NCBI GenBank assembly: GCA_965204755.1
Contig: OZ242011.1
Location: forward strand, 1,024,001-1,088,000
DNA: 64,000 bases
Direction: 5' to 3'
From: Candidatus Marinacidobacterium sp.
GTDB taxonomy: Bacteria > Acidobacteriota > Vicinamibacteria > Marinacidobacterales > Marinacidobacteraceae
Shown: one piece after another, positions 56,090-64,000 of the stretch
Layout: the number at the start of each line of letters is the position of its first letter
How positions within the stretch are numbered: position 1 is the first letter of the stretch
Translations under genes and position numbers: made by a program
The notes under the pieces: generated by a model
The model's input: only the letters and a program-made list of their open reading frames with translations
Database searches by the model: none
Told to the model about the DNA's origin: nothing

Positions 56090-57276
56090 GGCGCGGACTT
56101 CACGACGGCCTTAACTTCGGCCTGGGAGAACGAGAACTCCGGCGGCGGATTCCCGTTCGCTTCGAGTCTCTTCTTCGCGAGGGGTATGCCGACTCCGAAC
56201 TTCTGGGCGAACCCGAGGTGCGCCATGATCTCCGCCACCAGCGGATTACGGTAGTCGGTCACTCCTTCGCCGAACCCTTCCTTGTTGACCCGGCCGTAGA
56301 GCCCGCCCGGGCTGGATATCTCCACGCGGTCGTCGAACCAGTACACCCGAATCGGGGCGTTCGACTCGTAACTGCGATGCATGACGGCATTCCTCACGAG
56401 TTGCCTCAACGCATCGATCGGATAGTCCGGTTGCCGCAACTCCCGTTCGACGCCGTCGACTACAGTACGTGTCAGAATGTTGAGATCGAGCAACTCTTCC
56501 AAACTGCGCAACACATCGACGAGCCTGCCGTCCATCTTCTTCTGGTTACGGATGGGATCCGTGACTTCGCGGCCGGAGATACGGAGGAACTGCACATAGG
56601 CTCCCGGAAGCCATACGAGGGGGTCGCGGGCGAAGGCGAGCAGGGCACCCCGGACGGGCGAAGAACTCGCTCCCAGCAGTCGGAGTGAACGCAGTTGCAT
56701 TTCGAAGGGTCGGCGGTTCTCTTCGAGAACTTCTTCGTCGACGGCCGCCGGCAGGTACTGCTCCCGCACGAATCCCTCGTCCAAGTCGGACAGCAAAGCG
56801 CTCTCACAGGGCCGCTGGTCGAATGGCAGATCCGCCGTGCGTCGGCGCTCGCTCAGACGCACTTCGTCATCGGGCGTCGCCTGGCGCACCGTGGGGCCGA
56901 CCCGCACCCACACGCGCCCCCGATACCGCACCGGCGGATACCGCGCTGGCTCGACGAGGACGACGGCAACCTCCCCCTCGCCCAACTTCCGCTTCTCGAC
57001 CGTGAGCGACGGCATCGGCAAGATGTTCCCGTCGTCCCGAACCCCAGTGACCCGGCGGAGCAGTTCGTCGTCGATCGGAGTGCCGGAGATTCGACCGTCG
57101 TCTTCGACGCCGATCAGCAGGACCCCCGGTTCGCCGTGTCCCGGCAAGTCGTTCGCGAACGCGCAGATGTTTCGCCGTATCGCCTTCCCGTCGGCCACCG
57201 AACGCTTGCGTTCGACGCGATCGGACTCGAGATCCGCCGCCAACTGTGCGATCTGATTGTCGGTATAGCGAGGCAT
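56086..57276 (-). CDS. Schlafen/AlbA_2 domain + HATPase_c_4 (RecG-C-like) protein
   Basis: ESDRVERK, ICAFAN, LLIGVEDDG (AlbA_2); YP..ALRQLVRNAVMHRSY, DRVEISSPGGL, RNP, G.GI (HATPase_c_4). Confidence 0.85.
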   Translation of the reverse strand: MPRYTDNQIAQLAADLESDRVERKRSVADGKAIRRNICAFANDLPGHGEPGVLLIGVEDDGRISGTPIDDELLRRVTGVRDDGNILPMPSLTVEKRKLGEGEVAVVLVEPARYPPVRYRGRVWVRVGPTVRQATPDDEVRLSERRRTADLPFDQRPCESALLSDLDEGFVREQYLPAAVDEEVLEENRRPFEMQLRSLRLLGASSSPVRGALLAFARDPLVWLPGAYVQFLRISGREVTDPIRNQKKMDGRLVDVLRSLEELLDLNILTRTVVDGVERELRQPDYPIDALRQLVRNAVMHRSYESNAPIRVYWFDDRVEISSPGGLYGRVNKEGFGEGVTDYRNPLVAEIMAHLGFAQKFGVGIPLAKKRLEANGNPPPEFSFSQAEVKAVVKSAP

Positions 57277-57568
57277 CGAAGCGGTACCGGAGCGACGCCG
57301 CGGTCGTCAGAGACCCGGTCGCTGCCGCACGATCGTCTCTCGGCGGTTCTCCGGCGGGCCGGATTCTACGGCGGAGGACCGGCCGACGGCGGGTGTCGAG
57401 GCGCAGAAACGCTCGGATCCACACACCCCGCAACGACGGCAGCCGGAGAGGTCGCCGTCCGGGCCGCGGTCATGACCATGGACGGCTAGGCTCACGACGA
57501 TGACGACTCGGGGCCGCCACTCGCCCCCGTCCGCCGGGCTGACCGCGGCCGCGGGGAGCCGGCGGGCG

Positions 57569-57886
57569 ATGCCGCGGCCGACCCCGGCCGAGCCTCGGGC
57601 GCGAGTCGTGGAGGCAGCCGAGTTCGAGGCCGAGTGCCGGCGGTTGCTCGACGAAGTCGCCGCCGGGGGCGGGGAGATCGTGATTGCGAAGAACGGGCGG
57701 GCGGTCTGCCGGCTCGTTCCGGCGGATGCGCCGAAGTCCGCGCCCATCGGGAAGTATCGGGACTGGATCGACATCACCGGGGACATCGTGGCCCCGGTCG
57801 ATGTCGAGTGGGAGGCGGCGGTGAATCCGGACCGGGTCCTCGATCCTTCCTCGCCGCCGCCGCGCTCGTCGGGGGGCGCGCGCTGA
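57569..57886 (+). CDS. Phd/YefM-family antitoxin, no adjacent toxin (start 57500 or 57569)
   Basis: AAEFEAECRRLLDEVA...EIVIAKNGRAVCRLVP...GDIVAP..W. Confidence 0.78.
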   Translation: MPRPTPAEPRARVVEAAEFEAECRRLLDEVAAGGGEIVIAKNGRAVCRLVPADAPKSAPIGKYRDWIDITGDIVAPVDVEWEAAVNPDRVLDPSSPPPRSSGGAR

Positions 57887-57917
57887 CCGGCGCGGCCCGT
57901 CGGGTCGCCGCCGCGGA

Positions 57918-57950
57918 CTGACGCCCGGCGCTGACGCCCGGCGCTGACGC
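57918..57950 (+). repeat. 13-bp tandem repeat x2.5
   Basis: CTGACGCCCGGCG at 57918 and 57931, partial copy at 57944. Confidence 0.8.
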
Positions 57951-57968
57951 TTGGCCGCCGGGCGGGAG

Positions 57969-59711
57969 TCAGGCCACCAGGCGGGCCGCCTTGGCGGCCT
58001 GGTCGCGGAGCAACTCGTCCTTCATCCCGGTGTCGAGGAAACTCCAGGGCAACTCCTCGTCGAGGCCGCGCTCGCGGTGGAGGTAGAAGTCGGCGGAGAG
58101 ACCGGCCGCCCGCAGGCTCGGCGCGAGGCCCTTCCCGGCGGCGAGGTCGAGGAGCACCGGCGCCAACCGGCGGTCACCGACGGCGAGCAGCGCCTGCAGC
58201 CGCTCCATCCGGGGGGACTTGCAGTGCGCTTCCACGCCCTCGAGGGAACCGAGTTCCCGCGAGAGGCGCCGCATCCGGGCGGTCAACACCGGCAGCGGCG
58301 CCATCGGCCGCCACTGGAACGGGGTGCCCGGCTTGGGGATGAACGGGTTGACGCTGCAGATCGTCCGGGCCGAGCGGCGCCGCGCCCGCACCCGGTCGCG
58401 GACCGCGGCGACGAGCGGGGTGATCGCGGCGGCGTCCTCGTCGGTCTCGCCCGGCAGCCCGACCATCAGGTACAACTTGAGGTTCTCCACGCCGGCGTCC
58501 AGCAGGATTTCCACCCGCTCCAGGATCTCCTCGTTGGTGACCCGCTTGTGGATCGCGCGGCGCAGCCGGTCGGTCCCGACTTCGGGCGCGACGGCCACCG
58601 TGCGCTCCCCGCTCTCGGCGAGCGGGCGGGCGAACTCGTCGCGGACATCCTCGAAGCGGATCGAGGAGACGCTCACCCGGTAGCCCAGGTCCCGGAGCGC
58701 GCCGACCAGCGGCACGATCTCCCGGTGGGCGCCCACCGCGGTGGAGACCAGCCCGATCCGGTCGGTGTGGCGGCGGGCGGCGCGGGCCAGCGCCAGCAGC
58801 CCCTCCACCTCGAAGGACCGCTTCGGCAGGTAGGAATACCCGGCCCAGCAGAACCGGCAGAGGGTCGGACAGCCGCGGGACACCTCGACGAGGAACTTCC
58901 CGGACATCTCGGTGTCCTCGGTGAGCAGGAAGGTCGCCGGCGGCGGGAACCGGGAGTCCTTCCCCATCCGGGCGCGCACCGCCCGCTGCCCGTCCGGGGC
59001 CCGCCGCTCGCGGATGCGTCCGTCCGGGTCGTGGAAGACCCGGTGCGCCGCCGGGACATAGAACCCGGGTTCGGCGGCGAGCCGGTCGAGCCGCTCGGCG
59101 CGGGTTCCGGCGGCCAGGTGTTCGGTGAGCGCCGGGAGCAGCGCCTCCGCCTCGCCGACGCCGAAAGCGTCCACGAAGGGGGCGAGCGGCTCCGGGTTCA
59201 GGAAGGTCACCGGCCCGCCGGCGAGGACCAGCGGATCCCTCGGCCCCCGGGACTCGGCGAGCGGCGGGATGCCGGCGAGTTCCAGCATCTCCACCAGCCG
59301 CACCGCGTCCGGCTCGAAGGTGATCGAGAAGGCCACTGCGTCGAAGTCCCGGACCGGGCGCCCGCTCTCCAGCGCGCCGAGCGGCAGCCCGGTCCGGCGG
59401 TACTCCGCGTGTTCGACCCGGTCCGGGTAGAAGAAGCGCTCGCTGGACACGCCGGGCAGGAGGTCGAAGAACCGGTGCACCGCCTGGAACCCCACATTGG
59501 ACATCCCCAGCGCGTAGCGGTTCGGGTAGCCGACGGCCACCGACATCCCGGACGCCGACGACCGCGGCGACCCGGCGCGGGGCCCGCCGGAGGCGAGCGC
59601 GACCGGGGCCGGAAAGTCCGGCGGCGTCTCCAGCCGGACTTCGCCGGCCAGCCGCCGTTCGGCGCGTTCCCGGAGCCGCCGGTCGGCGAGGCTCCCCCGG
59701 CGGGGTCTCAT
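57969..59711 (-). CDS. Radical SAM protein with B12-binding-like N-terminus
   Basis: YPNRY.LGMSNVG, GGP...NPEP, EVSRGCPTLCRFC (CxxxCxxC), KLYLMVGLPGE, FIPKPGTPFQW. Confidence 0.88.
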   Translation of the reverse strand: MRPRRGSLADRRLRERAERRLAGEVRLETPPDFPAPVALASGGPRAGSPRSSASGMSVAVGYPNRYALGMSNVGFQAVHRFFDLLPGVSSERFFYPDRVEHAEYRRTGLPLGALESGRPVRDFDAVAFSITFEPDAVRLVEMLELAGIPPLAESRGPRDPLVLAGGPVTFLNPEPLAPFVDAFGVGEAEALLPALTEHLAAGTRAERLDRLAAEPGFYVPAAHRVFHDPDGRIRERRAPDGQRAVRARMGKDSRFPPPATFLLTEDTEMSGKFLVEVSRGCPTLCRFCWAGYSYLPKRSFEVEGLLALARAARRHTDRIGLVSTAVGAHREIVPLVGALRDLGYRVSVSSIRFEDVRDEFARPLAESGERTVAVAPEVGTDRLRRAIHKRVTNEEILERVEILLDAGVENLKLYLMVGLPGETDEDAAAITPLVAAVRDRVRARRRSARTICSVNPFIPKPGTPFQWRPMAPLPVLTARMRRLSRELGSLEGVEAHCKSPRMERLQALLAVGDRRLAPVLLDLAAGKGLAPSLRAAGLSADFYLHRERGLDEELPWSFLDTGMKDELLRDQAAKAARLVA

Positions 59712-59745
59712 CCCGCCGCGCGGCGCGGGCCGGCGGGCCGAACCC

Positions 59746-60558
59746 TCACCCGGCGGGGGCCTCCGGCGGCGCGTCCGACGGGGCCCCCGACGGGGCCTCC
59801 GACAGCGACTCGCCGGCGGCGTCCCCTTCCGCTTCCGCCCCGCCGTCGCCCGGCGGCGGTTCGTAGCAGAGGAGCCGGGCGCAGGACTCGCAGGTGAGCA
59901 CCTGCCGGCCGGCCCGCAGGTCCTCGAAGAGTTGCGGACGAAGCCGCACATGACACGCCGTGCAGCGGTCCACCGAGACGACCGCCACCGCGCGTCCGCC
60001 CTTGGCCGACCGCACCCGCTCGTACCGCGCGAGCAGGGCGTCCGTCAGCCGGGAGGCCGCCTCCTTCCGCCGCCCGAGCAGCGTCTCCCGCTCCGCCCGG
60101 TTTTCCCGCTGCAGCGCCCGCACCTTCTCCCGCTGCTTCTCCATCCGGGCGGCGGCCTCCCGGAACCCCGCCCGCTCGTCGGCGCGCTCCCTCTTCAGCC
60201 GCCCCTCGTCCTCCATCAACTCCAGGATGCGGTCCTCGACCGCGCTGATCCGCTCCCTCTTCGTCCGGATCTGCGTTTGGAGCCCCCTGTATTCCACATT
60301 CGAACTCGCCCCGAGCAACTGTCCTTCGTACTTCTCGACCGCCGCCTCCGCGTCCTCGAGTTCCGCCTCCGCCCGGCGGCGCGCCGCGCCGTTTTCCTCG
60401 AGGGCCCGCTCCGCCTGCTCCAGCCGGCCGCGGGCCTCGGTTTCCTCCCGGTCTATGGCGGCGAGGGCGCGGGGCGCATCGGCCAGGCGCCCGTCGACGA
60501 CGCGCAGTTCGTCGTCGAGGTGCTGCACCTCCCGCAGCGTGAGCAGCGCGGGAAGCAC
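59746..60558 (-). CDS. C4-type zinc-ribbon coiled-coil protein (DUF164-like)
   Basis: Long coiled coil followed by CTAC...CESCARLL. Confidence 0.85.
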   Translation of the reverse strand: MLPALLTLREVQHLDDELRVVDGRLADAPRALAAIDREETEARGRLEQAERALEENGAARRRAEAELEDAEAAVEKYEGQLLGASSNVEYRGLQTQIRTKRERISAVEDRILELMEDEGRLKRERADERAGFREAAARMEKQREKVRALQRENRAERETLLGRRKEAASRLTDALLARYERVRSAKGGRAVAVVSVDRCTACHVRLRPQLFEDLRAGRQVLTCESCARLLCYEPPPGDGGAEAEGDAAGESLSEAPSGAPSDAPPEAPAG

Positions 60559-60657
60559 CGTTTCAGCGGGTCGGCGCCGACCGCCCGCGGTCCCGGCGGC
60601 AACCCGCCCGGCCGAAGAAGGATTCGCGTTCCGGACCCAGCCGCCGCCGAGCGGCGG

Positions 60658-60730
60658 TGGGCCCACCAGGATTTGAACCTGGGGCCAACCGGTTATGAGC
60701 CGGCCGCTCTGACCACTGAGCTATGGGCCC
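60658..60730 (-). tRNA. tRNA with CAT anticodon, most likely tRNA-Ile2
   Basis: GGGCCCATAGCTCAGTGGTCAGAGCGGCCGGCTCATAACCGGTTGGCCCCAGGTTCAAATCCTGGTGGGCCCA folds as a cloverleaf; located just downstream of rpoD like ileX; 3' end reads CCG, so CCA is not fully encoded. Confidence 0.9.
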
Positions 60731-60780
60731 GACTGCCGCCCCCGCGGCGTCCCGCTCCGCCGACGGAGCCCGGCCGGAGG

Positions 60781-62538
<1,758 letters not shown>

Positions 62539-62639
62539 TTCAGCCTCCTCCGGCTACCGATTCCCGGGAGGGTTCCCGTCGGGGCCCCTCCGGCCTGTTC
62601 GCCCGGACGACGCCGCGTTCGCGGTTCCGCCGGGCCCGA

Positions 62640-62675
62640 TCATTCGGCGGGTCATTCGGCAGGTCATTCGGCGGG
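62640..62675. repeat. 12-bp tandem repeat x3 in the rpoD leader
   Basis: TCATTCGGC(G/A)GG at 62640, 62652 and 62664. Confidence 0.8.
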
Positions 62676-63016
62676 TCGGTGGGCGGATCCCCGCGGGTGG
62701 GCCGGCCGCGGCGGCCGTCGCCCCCGCGGTCCCGCTCTCCGCCCCTGCCGCCCTGCGCCCGACCGATTCCCCGAGGGAGACGAAACCGAGCGCTCCGGGG
62801 CTCACTCCGTATCCCTCGATCCCTCAGCCGCCGAGGGCCGGGGCGCCCCGAAAACCGCCGGGCGCGAACGCTGCGGTTGGCCGCCGCCCGGGACATCGGC
62901 GCGGCGGACGGGCCGGGCGCGCGGCGCAGACAGCGGGGTCGCGGACAGTCAACGGAGCAGCAGAAAAATGGGGCCGTCGGTTCGCGCCGGACACCGGCGC
63001 GCGCGGCAAACCGGCG

Positions 63017-63025
63017 ATTCTAGCA
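63017..63025 (-). promoter_or_regulatory. Putative extended -10 promoter upstream of rpoD
   Basis: Minus strand TGC-TAGAAT. Confidence 0.4.
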
Positions 63026-63340
63026 AGCGCGGCCCACTGCCGGCGGCCACCCTCCGCGCGCGCGTCCGGACGGGGACGGGGTCGAGACGCCGCCGAAGCC
63101 GCCCGCGGCGCCAAGCCCGGCATCTCCAGGCCCGGCATCGCCGCCTCCGGCCGGGCCGGGCCGCCCCGCCCCGCTCGCTCGGCGAACTCCTCCGCCTCCG
63201 GGCCGGTGATCTTCGTCGTCAGCGGCCCGTTCCCGGCGCCCGCGCCGCGTCGGCCCGGCGAACGCCGAGCCGCTGCTCGAGGGCCGTGACGCGGGCGCGC
63301 GCCCCGGGGCCGGTGAGGCCGGAAGCGGCGCCGGGCCGCC

Positions 63341-63736
63341 TCAGGTGAACCGGAGCGCGACGAACAGGAGGCCGAGAGCGGCGAACATCACCATCAACTG
63401 TTTGTTCGTCTGTTGGCTCATCTTGGCGAGCAAGTCCGACCGAAGATCGGCGATCTTCGTGTCCATCATCGCGGTCAACTCGGTCCGCAGACTCTGGATG
63501 TCCTTCTTCGTGGAGACCTCCAAGCGTTCGATGTCCTCTTTCGTGGCGAGCGCCACGCGTTCCACGCGCTTGATGTCGTCCTTCGTGGAGACCTCCAGGC
63601 GTTCGATGTCGTCCTTCGTGGCCAAGCGGGTTCCCGCGTGGGCGACGATCGCCACGATGGCTTCCGCCTGCGGGGTGGCGAAGCCCGCCTTCTCGAGTTG
63701 GCGGGTGGCCTGGAGGGTGTCAACGAGGGGCGACAT
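63341..63736 (-). CDS. DUF1640/CCDC90-like coiled-coil protein with C-terminal membrane anchor
   Basis: DTL...RQLEKAGF...QAEAIV...LATKDDI; C-terminal LMVMFAALGLLFVALRF; GAGGAGG upstream of the start. Confidence 0.8.
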   Translation of the reverse strand: MSPLVDTLQATRQLEKAGFATPQAEAIVAIVAHAGTRLATKDDIERLEVSTKDDIKRVERVALATKEDIERLEVSTKKDIQSLRTELTAMMDTKIADLRSDLLAKMSQQTNKQLMVMFAALGLLFVALRFT

Positions 63737-63912
63737 GCCGGGAACCTCCTCGACGAGGACTACCGCCCCGTCTTCGGGAGAAGGGTAGCGCGATTCCTCC
63801 CGGCGGGGGGTCGGGTCGGCCGGCGCCGCCGGGAGGCCGAATCACCAGGTGATCGGAGCCGGCGACGGGACACGGCAGCAGGGCGCCTCTCCCGCGGGCC
63901 GTGACCTCCGGG

Positions 63913-63999
63913 CTACGCCCCCCGGGCCATTCGCGCCCGGACTTCTTCGATCTCGCGGGTGACTTCCAGAATCGCCCGCAGCGTGTCCTCGCCCCCGGC
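63913..63999 (-). CDS. 3' end of a gene entering from the right edge (possibly DnaG, by context only)
   Basis: Reads AGGEDTLRAILEVTREIEEVRARMARGA-stop; helical character; dnaG commonly precedes rpoD, but no diagnostic motif is visible. Confidence 0.35.
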   Translation of the reverse strand, partial: AGGEDTLRAILEVTREIEEVRARMARGA

Positions 64000-64000
64000 G

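Noticed and set aside
60658-60730. Initiator tRNA-fMet, or an integration site at the tRNA
   Set aside because: The first base pair is intact and the anticodon stem lacks the GGG/CCC triplet of fMet; no duplicated tRNA 3' end or integrase was seen. Elongator Met is not fully excluded.

Overview
A very GC-rich bacterial chromosomal window; gene content and style would fit an Acidobacteriota-like organism, but this cannot be established from the sequence alone. The core backbone comprises pal, a hup-pilB-pyrK-pyrD-pyrF run, a propeller-amidohydrolase, two tandem DUF5916-type outer-membrane proteins, a ychF-like gene, a near-complete dcw cluster (mraZ to ftsZ-pgeF), a radical SAM gene, a C4 zinc-ribbon gene, tRNA-Ile(CAT) and rpoD. 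Several defence-type cassettes are interspersed: a solitary beta-class DNA methyltransferase, a GmrSD-type nuclease, a Dcm/EcoRII/Vsr/GHKL-kinase/HNH cluster, an AAA-ATPase plus small nuclease-like pair, a Schlafen(AlbA_2)-HATPase plus ParA pair, and an orphan Phd antitoxin. The best candidate for an undescribed system is at 22.7-24.3 kb. There, twelve copies of a 13-bp direct repeat, AAA(G/A)ACACAGGCT, form two clusters flanking a perfect IHF-consensus site. They lie directly upstream of a gene encoding an amphipathic-helix / Pro-rich linker / winged-helix protein, which suggests a centromere- or iteron-like nucleoprotein module. A second signal is the near-absence of the palindromes AGCT and ACGT from resident genes; they reappear mainly in the foreign-looking cassettes. 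All domain calls come from motif recognition by eye; no searches were run.
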